From Longimicrobiales bacterium (lineage in GTDB: Bacteria > Gemmatimonadota > Gemmatimonadetes > Longimicrobiales > Gaopeijiaceae): a DNA stretch of 64,000 nt. The notes below the pieces were generated by a model. That model saw nothing but the letters and a program-made list of their open reading frames with translations, ran no database searches and was not told where the DNA came from. Positions 28,870 through 38,930 of this stretch are shown piece after piece. How positions within the stretch are numbered: the first letter of the stretch is position 1; every line of letters starts with the position of its first letter. The position numbers and the translations under genes were made by a program. The stretch spans positions 896,001-960,000 of the forward strand of contig CBDDCX010000008.1 of assembly GCA_965226375.1 (NCBI GenBank), written 5' to 3'.

Positions 28870-29580
28870 ATGACGGAAAAACATTACACCGACAGACTGT
28901 CGGATTATCTGAACGATGACTTGCCCGAGGCCGAGCGCCTGGAGGTCGAGGCTCACCTCTCCGGATGTGGGGAGTGCCGAGCGCTGCTCGAGGAGTTGCG
29001 GGCCGTGGTCGCCAGAGCCGGTGACCTAGAGGACTCTCTTCCGGAAAGCGACCTGTGGACGGGTATCGCTCAGGCCATCCGGACCGCGCCGCAGGAAGAC
29101 GACCAGGTCATCGACCTGTCTGCCCGGCTGGCGGGCTCGAATCCAGTTGAGGTCGATCGCCGGGTCAGGCTCACGGTGTCCCAGTTGGTTGCAGCGAGCG
29201 TCATCATGATGATGGCTTCGGGTGCCATGGCCTGGTCGCTACGGCCGGTCTCTCAAGGCCCCGGTTCCGTCGGTGATGTGCAGCCCGCCGTGGTGCTGCC
29301 GGCCTCGCTGGCCGACCGGCCGAGCCTGACCGGCTACACACAGGAGGTGGCACAGTTGGAGGCCCTCGTGGCCGAACATCGCGATGAGTTGGCTCCGAAT
29401 ACGGTGCGTATTCTCGAGAAGAACCTGGCCATAATCGACCGGGCCATCGAGGAGTCGAGCGTGGCGTTGGCCGCGGACCCGGGCAACGAGTACCTGCTCG
29501 AGCATCTGGGGCGCGCCTTTGAGCGAAAGGTCGACTACCTCCGAGATGCTTCTGACATCTCGGGTTGGGTGACGGGCTGA
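28870..29580 (+). CDS. Zinc-finger (zf-HC2) anti-sigma factor
   Basis: HLSGCGEC (HxxxCxxC), central TM; directly follows the sigma gene. Confidence 0.88.
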   Translation: MTEKHYTDRLSDYLNDDLPEAERLEVEAHLSGCGECRALLEELRAVVARAGDLEDSLPESDLWTGIAQAIRTAPQEDDQVIDLSARLAGSNPVEVDRRVRLTVSQLVAASVIMMMASGAMAWSLRPVSQGPGSVGDVQPAVVLPASLADRPSLTGYTQEVAQLEALVAEHRDELAPNTVRILEKNLAIIDRAIEESSVALAADPGNEYLLEHLGRAFERKVDYLRDASDISGWVTG

Positions 29581-30450
29581 GTGACGACCATGCTTACGGC
29601 GCTTATTGCGGGTTTTATGGCGGTCGCTCCGCCGCCGCCCGACACCACTTTGTCAGTCCGGCGTGGAGATGTGATCGTCATCGAAAACTTTTGGGGTGAC
29701 CTCGACGTACAGACGTGGGACCGGTCGGAGGTGAGCATCGAGTTCGAGGAGCGGCGCGGTGCTCCCATCGACATTGATCGCACGGGCGGCCGCATCGAGG
29801 TAAGGGCCTCTGATCGGAAGGGAAGGGATCGGCATCGGTCCTATGTGGTATCGGTGCCGGCCTGGCTCGATGTGGAGATTCGGGGGAGGGAGTTGAACGT
29901 GACGGTGGAAGGGCTCGAGGCAGCTCTCGAGGTGACGACCAGGGAGGGAGATATCTTCGTGCGAGATCACAGGGGCGAGGTGGTGGCAAGAACCCTCGAG
30001 GGCTACATGGAGGTGAGGCGGTCGAGCGGACGCTTCGACCTCACGTCGTTGGACGATGACGTGAGCCTCTACGACATCGAGGGAGAGGTTTATGTCGACG
30101 CCAATGACGGAGACATCGAGCTCGTGGACGTCGATGCGGAAACCGTGATTGCCAACACGGTGGACGGCCACATCGACTTTTCCGGGGTGGTGCACCCCGA
30201 CGGCGAGTACGAGCTGGTCACTCATGACGGTGACATCACGTTCGCGGTTCAGAGTGACGTGGAGGCCGACGTGTCGGTCGCCACCTACGACGGGGAGTTC
30301 GAGACGGACTTCCCGATCATGCTTCAAAGGCTCGAGAGCGGTAGAGAGTTGAGTTTCGCTTTGGGTGGAGGCGGGGCCCGGGTGCGACTGCAGGCATTCG
30401 ACGGGGCCATTCGTCTCAGGCATAACAACAGCCGTACACCCAACAGATGA
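29581..30450 (+). CDS. DUF4097 beta-strand repeat protein
   Basis: Signal peptide; repeated xTxxGDI units; C-terminal GGGGARVRL..DGAIRL. Confidence 0.8.
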   Translation: MTTMLTALIAGFMAVAPPPPDTTLSVRRGDVIVIENFWGDLDVQTWDRSEVSIEFEERRGAPIDIDRTGGRIEVRASDRKGRDRHRSYVVSVPAWLDVEIRGRELNVTVEGLEAALEVTTREGDIFVRDHRGEVVARTLEGYMEVRRSSGRFDLTSLDDDVSLYDIEGEVYVDANDGDIELVDVDAETVIANTVDGHIDFSGVVHPDGEYELVTHDGDITFAVQSDVEADVSVATYDGEFETDFPIMLQRLESGRELSFALGGGGARVRLQAFDGAIRLRHNNSRTPNR

Positions 30451-30506
30451 TTGAAGCGATGACAGTTGAAGCGATGACATTGAAGCGATGACGTTGAAGC
30501 GATGAC
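30451..30506 (+). repeat. Tandem repeat TTGAAGCGATGAC x4 (14-15 bp period)
   Basis: Exact copies at 30451, 30466, 30480, 30494. Confidence 0.95.
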
Positions 30507-30569
30507 ATTTGAACGGGGAGCGCCCGCCCTTCGGGTTGGCGCATGGCGAGAACGGGTCAAGGAGGAAGA

Positions 30570-31523
30570 ATGAAGGGTGTGAATCGGATGGCGGCTGTCG
30601 CCGCGATTGTGGCCGCGGGGGTACTCACCATTGCCCAGGCGCGGAGTGGGAACGCGATGTCGAGCGGATTGCTAGGCGGATCGAGGGTGGTAGCGCATAG
30701 GGCCGAGAGGGTTGTTATGGCCATCAGCAACAAGGTGGTTGGCTTCTTCGATGGTGACGAGGGCCGGCACGTCCATGTAGACGTCGACGTCAGGGCCCGG
30801 GACACTGGAGCCCAGCAGGTCGGCGACTTCACCTGGCACGGTGCCGCCTCGACAGGCGAGTCCATCGAGGTCAAGGGCGTGAACGGTGACGTGATCGCCG
30901 AGCTGGCCGATGGCTCGGAGATAGAGGTACGTGCCGAGAAGACCGCCCGACGGAGCGACCCGGACGACGTTCGCATCGAGGTCATCGAGCATTCCGGGGG
31001 GGTTACCCTGTGTGCGGTGTACCCGTCGTCGCGGGGAGAAGAAAACTCCTGCGAGCCGGGTTCCGGCGGTCGCAACAACGTCCGTAACAACGACGTGCAG
31101 GTGACCTTCTACGTGAAGGTGCCCGCAGGTGTGGAGTTCCGCGGTCGGACCGTGAACGGTGACGTCGAGGTGCGGGACCTCTCCTCCGACGTGAGCGCAC
31201 ATACGGTAAACGGCGACATCGAGATCGCCACCACGGGTTTTGCCGAAGCCAACACGGTCAACGGTTCCATCGAGGCGGCCATGGGCAGCTTCGACGTGGA
31301 GCGGGGTTTGAGCTTCTCCACGGTGAACGGGAGCATCTCACTCGACGTGCCCGACGATATCGACGCCGATGTCGACGCCAAGTGGGTCCACGGAAGCCTC
31401 GAGGCCGATCTCCCACTCAAGCTCGTGGGGCGCTTGTCCAAGCATGCGGCGCAGGGTGCTCTGGGCCAGGGCGGGCCGGAGCTGAACCTCAAGACCGTCA
31501 ACGGTTCGATCCACATTCATTAG
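30570..31523 (+). CDS. DUF4097 beta-strand repeat protein
   Basis: AAGGAGG RBS; repeated TVNGDV/TVNGSI units. Confidence 0.85.
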   Translation: MKGVNRMAAVAAIVAAGVLTIAQARSGNAMSSGLLGGSRVVAHRAERVVMAISNKVVGFFDGDEGRHVHVDVDVRARDTGAQQVGDFTWHGAASTGESIEVKGVNGDVIAELADGSEIEVRAEKTARRSDPDDVRIEVIEHSGGVTLCAVYPSSRGEENSCEPGSGGRNNVRNNDVQVTFYVKVPAGVEFRGRTVNGDVEVRDLSSDVSAHTVNGDIEIATTGFAEANTVNGSIEAAMGSFDVERGLSFSTVNGSISLDVPDDIDADVDAKWVHGSLEADLPLKLVGRLSKHAAQGALGQGGPELNLKTVNGSIHIH

Positions 31524-31548
31524 AAGGCTGTATGACTTCAACAGCCTC

Positions 31549-32652
31549 GTGAACCACAAGAGGATCAAGAGGATACTGGTGATGAACGATATGAAAACAA
31601 GAAGCGTGCTCCGTCGCTGGATGATGGCGGCTGCCGCTCTCCTGATCACGGCACCGGCGGCTGCCGGGCAGAGCTCTCAAGAGTTCCGCCTGTCGGGTCG
31701 AGATGTGGCCGTCTACAACCTGGCGGGCGAAGCTCGCATCGTCCGGGGACAGGGGTCTGACGTCGTGGTCCGGGTTACGAGCCTGGGTAGCGACGCGGGC
31801 CAACTCGACATCGAGGTTGGCCGTGTAGATGGAGCCGAGGCTTTACGTGTGATCTATCCCGAGGACCGGATCATCTATCCCGAGCTCGGGCGCGGATCGA
31901 GCAGCACCGTGCGGGTGAACCGTGACGGCACCTTTTACGGCGGAGGTCGTCGTGGAGGGGACCGGGTGGAGGTCCGAGGTTCCGGTCGTGGGCTGGAGGC
32001 CTACGCCGATCTCGAGATCGAAGTGCCGGCCGGAAAGGACTTCGCTCTGTACCTGGCCGTCGGTGCCACCGACATCCGCGGCGTAGAAGGCGACTTCATT
32101 ATCGATACCGGCTCGGGCCAGGTCACGGCGCAAGACATCGTGGGGTCGTTGAGCATCGATACCGGTTCGGGCCGAGTGTCCGTTCTCAGGGTCGACGGTG
32201 ATGTTCTGGTCGATACCGGGTCCGGGCGTGTCGAGATCGAGGATGTGCGGGGCGGCCAGATCAACGTGGATACGGGGTCGGGCGGCGTTACCGGCATGAA
32301 CCTGACGGCTGTGACGGTCCGGGTGGATACCAGGTCCGGGAGTATCGAGTTGGAGCAAGTGAGGTCGGAGGATGTCTATCTCGACACCGGCAGCGGTAGC
32401 ATTCGGGTGGAGTTGATGGAGGACGTGGAGAATCTGATGGTCGACACCGGATCCGGTTCCGTCACGGTGTGGATGCCCGAAGGAGTTGGCGCGGAGATCG
32501 AGATCGAGACAGGTAGTGGAGGCATCGACCTGGACTTCCCCGTGCAGATTCGGCGGGCGGGCCGGGATCATGTGCTCGGTACCATCGGAGATGGCCGGGG
32601 CCGGATAAACATCGACACCGGCTCCGGGAGTGTTCGGCTGGCTCGACGGTAG
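31549..32652 (+). CDS. DUF4097 beta-strand repeat protein
   Basis: Signal peptide; about nine DTGSG-type repeats; start uncertain (31549-31591). Confidence 0.85.
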   Translation: MNHKRIKRILVMNDMKTRSVLRRWMMAAAALLITAPAAAGQSSQEFRLSGRDVAVYNLAGEARIVRGQGSDVVVRVTSLGSDAGQLDIEVGRVDGAEALRVIYPEDRIIYPELGRGSSSTVRVNRDGTFYGGGRRGGDRVEVRGSGRGLEAYADLEIEVPAGKDFALYLAVGATDIRGVEGDFIIDTGSGQVTAQDIVGSLSIDTGSGRVSVLRVDGDVLVDTGSGRVEIEDVRGGQINVDTGSGGVTGMNLTAVTVRVDTRSGSIELEQVRSEDVYLDTGSGSIRVELMEDVENLMVDTGSGSVTVWMPEGVGAEIEIETGSGGIDLDFPVQIRRAGRDHVLGTIGDGRGRINIDTGSGSVRLARR

Positions 32653-32733
32653 GAGCGTCCCGACGGTGCGGTAGAGATCCTTCAAGGGGATCTCGGAGCG
32701 GTCCCAGCCCACGAGGCTGGGGCCGCTCTCGTG

Positions 32734-34830
32734 TCATGTCTCGGTGTCGGCCCGATCGCGACGCCGAACCCAGGGTTTCCAGCTCCGCTTGAGTTCCTTG
32801 GGAATGTCGATCCAGAAGGCGCTTCCCACAGATCGTCGATCCACTCCGGTCTCCCCTCCGATGCGCTCCATGCCCTTTCGGACGATCGCCAGGCCGATTC
32901 CAGTGCCGGGCCGCTCGGAGGATTGGTCGAGTCGCTCGAAGACCCCGAATATGCGTTCCTCCTGGCCCTCAGGAACGCCGATCCCGTTGTCCTCTACCCA
33001 GATGCGTACGCGCTCCTCGCGCTCCTCGCATCGGATGCCGATCTCTGGGGCACGTCCCTCGGGAACGAACTTGGCCCCGTTGGTCACCAGGTTCGCAAGG
33101 ATCTGGACCAGGATGGTCTTCTGCGCCATCACGGTCGGAAGCTCGTCTTCGACGGTGATCTCCGCGTCGGCCTCCTTCAGGGTCGGTCCCACCTGCTCCA
33201 GGACGGAGTCGATGACCTCCTTCAGATCGATGGACTGAAGCTCCAGAGCCTCGAAGCTGAGGCGGCTGTAGTCCAGGAGGTCAGAGATCAGGTCTTCAGC
33301 CCATGCACCTGAAACGATGATCCGCTCTGCGAAGTCCCGCGCATCCTTGTTCGCGTCTTCGCCCAGGGTCTCCATCAGGGCATGAGCGAAGCCGGTCATG
33401 GTGCGGAGTGGCGTGCGCAGGTCGTGTGAGATCGAGTACGCAAAGGCCTCGAGCTCGTCGTTGGCCTGCTGGAGCTGTCCGGCGAGGGTCCGGAACTCCG
33501 TCTCGCTCTGTCGCAGCGCCTCGGCGGCCCCGATCCGCTCCATGAGGCCGGCAATGGTATGCGCCAGACTGGTGGCAAGACGGGTTACCCATTGGTCCGG
33601 GTCCAAGGACTCCGTATGGGCCAGCGTAAGTGTGCCGACGACCTCGCCTCCGATCACCATGGGAAAGGCCATATAAGTCTGTACGCCAAGGTCGTGAAAG
33701 ACGTCAGCTCCATGACGCCTCTTGGAGCGAGCGTCTCGTTCGACTACCGGTTTACGCTTCTGTACGGCCACTCCCGACAGGGTCTTGTGGACGGGGATGA
33801 CGAGCGGCTCTCCGTCGTCGGGCCGGGGGATTCCCTTACTCGCTATTAAGACCATGGCGTCCCGCTCCGCGTCGTAGCGCTCGATGGCTACAATCGGACA
33901 GCCGGTGGCCCGGCTCACTTCCTCTAGAATATCGTCCAGAGCCTCTCCCAGGGTCTCGGCTGCGAGAGAGAGCTCCGATATGCGGTACAGGGTGGCGAGC
34001 TCTTCGTTTTGGGCGGCCAGTTCTTCCTGGGCTCGGTGCCGCTCCGTCACGTCCGATATGATGCCGTCGATGCGGCGCAGACTTCCGTCCTCGGCGAGAT
34101 GGGGCTTGAGCGTGGCTTCGACCCGACGCTCTTCTCCCTTGGGCGTTCGCGTCTGGTAACTGTGCGTGAAGGAATCACCCGCATCGACCTCAACCAAGAT
34201 CGACTCCGCGTCGGTGAGGGCGCCGGGGAAGAGAAACTCGTGCCACAGGTCAGAGTCCTCCAGAAGCTTCTCGGGCGCGACGCCGAGGACGTCCTCAGCA
34301 GCCGGCGACACCTGAATGAGGCGGTCCTCGGGGACGTCCACAGAGAAGAACACCCCGTCCAGACTCTCGAATAGGGTGCTCAACTCTCCGGTGGTGGCGA
34401 GGAGTGCGGCCTGGGTCGTCCTTCGCTCCGCCTGCGTCTGGACCCCACGCTCGGCCACGGCCAAGCGGATGTTCAGGAGGGCGATGTCCACGGGCTTGGC
34501 CACGTAGTCGTTGGCACCCGCCTCCAGCACCGACTCGAGGACGTCGGGTTCGTTCTTTCCGGTCACCACCAAAATGACGGGCTGGTCTCCACCGGGACTG
34601 TTTCGGATGCGCCGAGTGAGCTCTAGGCCGTCGATGCCAGGGAGGGCCAGGTCGAGGAGTACGAGCGGGGCCGGTTCTTCCCTATATGCGTCCCACGCGG
34701 CTTTTCCGTCTTCACAAGCCGCGACGATGTGACCACGGGAGCGGAGGATCTCGGAGAACAACCACCGTTCACCGGGATTATCTTCGACCAGCAAGACGCG
34801 AAGGGCTTCTCCGTTTGGCATGAACTCCAT
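32734..34830 (-). CDS. Cytoplasmic REC-PAS-GAF histidine kinase
   Basis: VLLVED receiver, PAS, GAF, FAYSISHDLRTP, DNGIG, GIGLAI. Confidence 0.9.
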   Translation of the reverse strand: MEFMPNGEALRVLLVEDNPGERWLFSEILRSRGHIVAACEDGKAAWDAYREEPAPLVLLDLALPGIDGLELTRRIRNSPGGDQPVILVVTGKNEPDVLESVLEAGANDYVAKPVDIALLNIRLAVAERGVQTQAERRTTQAALLATTGELSTLFESLDGVFFSVDVPEDRLIQVSPAAEDVLGVAPEKLLEDSDLWHEFLFPGALTDAESILVEVDAGDSFTHSYQTRTPKGEERRVEATLKPHLAEDGSLRRIDGIISDVTERHRAQEELAAQNEELATLYRISELSLAAETLGEALDDILEEVSRATGCPIVAIERYDAERDAMVLIASKGIPRPDDGEPLVIPVHKTLSGVAVQKRKPVVERDARSKRRHGADVFHDLGVQTYMAFPMVIGGEVVGTLTLAHTESLDPDQWVTRLATSLAHTIAGLMERIGAAEALRQSETEFRTLAGQLQQANDELEAFAYSISHDLRTPLRTMTGFAHALMETLGEDANKDARDFAERIIVSGAWAEDLISDLLDYSRLSFEALELQSIDLKEVIDSVLEQVGPTLKEADAEITVEDELPTVMAQKTILVQILANLVTNGAKFVPEGRAPEIGIRCEEREERVRIWVEDNGIGVPEGQEERIFGVFERLDQSSERPGTGIGLAIVRKGMERIGGETGVDRRSVGSAFWIDIPKELKRSWKPWVRRRDRADTET

Positions 34831-34904
34831 CGGCTGGGGGCGGACTACAGGTCGAGGAAGGTATGTTGCGTGTCTGGACGTGGCTACGAGGGGGCCGGCA
34901 ACGC

Positions 34905-35738
34905 TCAGTCTTCGCTGGCGCCCAGAGTGCCTCCCGCCCGAAGTCGGGCCACCCGTGCCAAGGCCATACCGGGCTCGAAGAAAGCGTCACCCGATATCTC
35001 CATGGCCTCTTGATAGGCACGGCGTGCCGTTTCCCAGTCGAACCTGTCTTCGGCCTCGACCCCTCGGAAGAACGCCGCCACTGCATCGGCCGGCACTCCA
35101 GACGGCGTGAAGGTTGTGGGAGCGGGATCGACGAGGGTGCTCGAGAGTGGGTCGGTCCAGGGCGGCGCACGCCCCATTTCCTGGAGCGTCGATATCGTGG
35201 AGCCGACGATGGTCCGGGCCAGGCTCGTCGGATCGATCCCTTGAGGGGTCGTGGTCCTCCAGGCCGACACCACCGCGCTGGGTTCGACATCGACGAGCCT
35301 CAGGTCGAGCGTGGCCGAATCGCCGGCTGCGATCCAGCTTCCCGCAAGCTGGAGCTCGGCTCCGGGAGATACACCAACGGACGGGGAGTTCGGGAGGGGC
35401 GGCAGGCCCTGTGTTTCTCGCTCCACTGCAGCCGTGAACTTCCTCCGCTCCACGAACTGTACATCACGGCGGCGAATCAAACCGGCGACCACGAGTTCTT
35501 GAAGCCCGACGGAGGGTGAGACAGCTGATGCGTCGGGCCGGGCGGCCCCGAGGAGGACCAGCCCGGTCACGGAGACACGGGCGGCGGCGGCAAGGGGTTG
35601 GGGTCGCGGCCGGTTCAGGCTGAGCCAGACGGACTCCGGCGCCACAGCGACAGATGAGGGTGGACCTCCGCCGGAGACACATGCGCCGGCTACTACAGTG
35701 GAGAGGAGAGCCACGGCACGAAGGCCGGGGATCGTCAC
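34905..35738 (-). CDS. Hypothetical lipoprotein (CsgG/TolB-N-like)
   Basis: Lipobox AGAC; FVERR and LRLVDVE segments; TPR-like tail; start uncertain. Confidence 0.6.
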   Translation of the reverse strand: MTIPGLRAVALLSTVVAGACVSGGGPPSSVAVAPESVWLSLNRPRPQPLAAAARVSVTGLVLLGAARPDASAVSPSVGLQELVVAGLIRRRDVQFVERRKFTAAVERETQGLPPLPNSPSVGVSPGAELQLAGSWIAAGDSATLDLRLVDVEPSAVVSAWRTTTPQGIDPTSLARTIVGSTISTLQEMGRAPPWTDPLSSTLVDPAPTTFTPSGVPADAVAAFFRGVEAEDRFDWETARRAYQEAMEISGDAFFEPGMALARVARLRAGGTLGASED

Positions 35739-35997
35739 GAGGCCGGTAGACGAGTGCCACGGATGCAAGATCAGGACTCCTGAGCATGGTAGGGATGTCC
35801 GTACGCCCCATTCAGAACATTGCCCGTGGCTCCCCTCAGATCCAGTGGTATTTTGCGGCGCCGATTCCCTTAAAGACACTCGGTCGCGTGAGGCCGCCGA
35901 CGCGGCCCTGGTCCGGCACCTTTGCGTTTCGTGGCGTGGCCGAGAAGAATACAGCATCACCACCGTCACCTGAGATGCCACGCCCGGAGATGGCTGA

Positions 35998-36459
35998 ATG
36001 TCTGATCCTGATCCTGATCCCTTCCGCTTCCGACTCCCCGTCGACGTGAGATTCCAGGACGTCGATGTCTACGGGCACGCACACCACTCCAGGGCGCTCA
36101 TCTACTTCGAAGAGGCCCGGTGGGCGTACTGGCGTGAGGTCGTGGGTACAAAGAGCATCGATGAGGTGAGCTATGTGATGTCAGAGGTGCAGGTTCGGTA
36201 CCACCGTCGCATTCTCTACCCGATGACCGTGGAGGTCTGTGCCCGGACGTCACAGCTCGCGGAAAAGCACTTCATCATGGAATACGAGGTCCGCTCACCC
36301 CCAGGAGAGATGCTGGTTTCCGGTAACAGCGTCCAGGTCATGTATGACTATGCGGCGCAGACATCCACCACGATTCCGGCGACGATTCGCTCGGCGCTGG
36401 AAGCGTGGGACGGACCGTTTCCCGAAGCCCGCTATCGACCGGACGACGACGAGATCTGA
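35998..36459 (+). CDS. Acyl-CoA thioesterase (4HBT/YbgC family)
   Basis: VRFQDVDVYGHAHH, YFEEAR. Confidence 0.88.
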   Translation: MSDPDPDPFRFRLPVDVRFQDVDVYGHAHHSRALIYFEEARWAYWREVVGTKSIDEVSYVMSEVQVRYHRRILYPMTVEVCARTSQLAEKHFIMEYEVRSPPGEMLVSGNSVQVMYDYAAQTSTTIPATIRSALEAWDGPFPEARYRPDDDEI

Positions 36460-36723
36460 CGGGATCGTGAACCGCGGAGGTTTGCGCATCGCCGGGTTAA
36501 GAAGTATGCACTCAGCACTGTGTAATCATGCGCTGTAACAATTTGGGCTGTGCGGCGGTATGAAACGAATGCCGCGTGTAAAGAAGGCGGTTGACCTCGC
36601 GGGCGCCCTGTATAGTTTCTATTGCTAAGCCTGCGAATACCGAGAGGCAGTAGTTCGCCAACGCTCCTGCGGAGCCCGAAGAGGGGACCGCCGGAGCCGA
36701 TGATTTAGGGATCTGATTCAGGA

Positions 36724-38478
36724 GTGAGGATGATGACAGGATGTCGCCGTCTGGGCGTGATCGCCGCCGTGCTATTCGCGTTGCCCATAACGGGTAGCAC
36801 GGCCATCGAAGCCCAGCAGACCGTGAGCAGTCGCTTCCGGGTTCTCATTCCTGACTTCCGCCCCATGAATGGGGAGAACAAAGGTTTCGGTGAGAAGCTG
36901 GCCGACAAACTCAGGGATCAGATCAGCGATCTGAATACTCATACGGCCGTGAGCGAAAAGGACATCAAGAACGCGCTCAAGCGGTTCGACCTGAAGATGG
37001 AAAACCTCACGTGCATCCAGGCTCGTCAGCTCGCGACGCGGAGCAACTACGAGGTCGTGTTGTGCGCCGAGTACACCGGTACCAAAGCGCGGTGGGAGAT
37101 CCAGAACATCAAGTTCGTGGACTCGAACACCGGCGAGGAGTTCAACGTCGACCCGGTTACGTCGGCCGACAAGATGGAGGAGCAGGCGGCCAGGCAGATT
37201 GTCGACCGCTTCACGCTCTTCGTCGAGCAGACTCGCGTCGCGGTGTTCTGTGTCGACTACGCCCAGAGCCAGCAGTGGGACAGCTCCCTCGAGAACTGTG
37301 ACCGTGCGCTCGAGCTGAACCCGAACGCGAACTCGGTACGCTACGCCCGTGCGAACGTGCTCCGTCAGACCGAGCGCTTCGACGAGTCCCTGGAAGAGGT
37401 CCAGCGCCTGTTGGAGCGCGATCCGTTCCACGAGAACGCCCTTCTGCTCGGTGGCTTCGTGGCCATCAACCTCGGCAACGAGGAGTTGGCCCGTGAGTAT
37501 TACCGCCAGTACCTGGAGCTCGACCCGACCAACGCCACCGTGCGTATGAGGGTTGCCTATGACTTGGCCCAGGAGGGTGACCCCCTCGGCGCCATGGAGC
37601 TCATCGATGAGGGCATCGCGATCGACTCGGACAACATCGACTACTACGAACAGGTCGGGAACTTCGCCTTCGCTGGTGCCGAGCGAGTCCGCAGTGAGGC
37701 TCAGGCCGACGGCGGAGACGGAATGACCCCCGAGGTCGCGGACCTCTACCGGAAGGCCATCGGCGCGTACGAGAGGGTGTTCGAGGCCAAGGGAGAGGAG
37801 ACCCTCGTCACGCAGTTGCGTAATGTCGCTGCGGCCCATCTCCAGTTGGGCGACGCTGCCGCGTCGGCCGAGTTCTCCAGCCGTGCGCTCGAGTCGCATC
37901 CGGAAGTGGCGTCTCTCTGGGACATCTATGCGAGGGCCCTGAAGGAGAACGGTCAGGTGGACGAGGCCGTAGCAGCCCTCAGCACCATCGAGGGCATCGA
38001 TCCTGATTGGCCCAACCTACATCTACGGATGGGGAACTGGTTGCTCGAGGTCGGTCAGGTCGACGACGCGTTGCCTGTGCTTCAGAAGGCCGTTGCGAGC
38101 GGCTCCACGGCGGATCAGGCGGCCAATATGATTTTCAGCCACGCTTACTCGCACTACATCCAGCCCACCGATAAGAATTACAGGCGGTTCATCGATTTGA
38201 TCGGCAGGGCCAAGCAGTTCGAGGTTACCACTCAGATCCGCGAGCAGTTCGACTTCTGGCACGCCTACAGCCTCTACTATCAAGGAATGGCGGTTGGCAC
38301 TCCGGAGACCCTCGCATCTGCAAACCGGTCGTTGCCTATGTTCCAGCAGGCAGTGATGCTCTTCCGTCGGTCGAAGCCGTATGCGGACCGGACTCCGTCG
38401 ATCAACTATCAGCAGTTCATCGAGGCCGCGGGCACGTACGTCGAGATCCAAGAAGCGATCATCAAGCGGGGCCGGTAG
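36724..38478 (+). CDS. Secreted TPR protein
   Basis: Signal peptide; repeated ALELNP/LELDP TPR units; very strong G/C-ending codon bias. Confidence 0.88.
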   Translation: MRMMTGCRRLGVIAAVLFALPITGSTAIEAQQTVSSRFRVLIPDFRPMNGENKGFGEKLADKLRDQISDLNTHTAVSEKDIKNALKRFDLKMENLTCIQARQLATRSNYEVVLCAEYTGTKARWEIQNIKFVDSNTGEEFNVDPVTSADKMEEQAARQIVDRFTLFVEQTRVAVFCVDYAQSQQWDSSLENCDRALELNPNANSVRYARANVLRQTERFDESLEEVQRLLERDPFHENALLLGGFVAINLGNEELAREYYRQYLELDPTNATVRMRVAYDLAQEGDPLGAMELIDEGIAIDSDNIDYYEQVGNFAFAGAERVRSEAQADGGDGMTPEVADLYRKAIGAYERVFEAKGEETLVTQLRNVAAAHLQLGDAAASAEFSSRALESHPEVASLWDIYARALKENGQVDEAVAALSTIEGIDPDWPNLHLRMGNWLLEVGQVDDALPVLQKAVASGSTADQAANMIFSHAYSHYIQPTDKNYRRFIDLIGRAKQFEVTTQIREQFDFWHAYSLYYQGMAVGTPETLASANRSLPMFQQAVMLFRRSKPYADRTPSINYQQFIEAAGTYVEIQEAIIKRGR

Positions 38479-38503
38479 GCTTCGCCGCCTAGAGTCGCGC
38501 AGG

Positions 38504-38544
38504 AGAGCGCCGCGGGGGATGCCCCCCGCGGCGCTCTTTTTTTT
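38504..38544 (+). terminator. Rho-independent terminator
   Basis: 15-bp stem AGAGCGCCGCGGGGG/CCCCCGCGGCGCTCT followed by a T run. Confidence 0.93.
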
Positions 38545-38847
38545 CTCCGGAATCGATGCTCCGATCAAGTCTGAATCTGCGGAGAATCTGACTTTCCAGA
38601 CGGTCGCTCGTCTCAGGCCGTCCGGCCGATCCGACCCTCGTAGCGGTCACACGGAGTAGCTGCGAGCGAGTGGGGAAGAGTGGGTAGGGCAGAGGATACT
38701 AAGAAACATTCCCAGAAACTTCCCGAATACGCTTCCGAGCCAAGGCTCGCTTCAGGACTCTAAGTCCTTGAGGGACAGCTGCTTGGGTATCTTCTGTCTG
38801 CGTGTCGACCCCAAAGAAAAACCGAAGACTATCCATCACAAAAAGGC

Positions 38848-38877
38848 TTGACTGTCCTCGAAGCCCGGTCGTATTAT
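38848..38877 (+). promoter_or_regulatory. Sigma-70-type promoter of the dcw operon
   Basis: TTGACT-N18-TATTAT upstream of mraZ. Confidence 0.7.
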
Positions 38878-38881
38878 TGCT

Positions 38882-38926
38882 CCAAGGGTTACTACTTTTC
38901 ACCACAGTTCCCCACAGAGTGCCACA
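38882..38926. promoter_or_regulatory. Probable MraZ operator (10-bp-phased CCAC/GTGG boxes)
   Basis: CCAC at 38902, 38912, 38922; degenerate CTAC at 38892 and CCAA at 38882. Confidence 0.75.
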
Positions 38927-38930
38927 TTAG

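Noticed and set aside
30451..30506. Possible CRISPR array
   Set aside because: 13-bp repeats with 1-2 bp spacers and no cas genes; this is a simple tandem repeat
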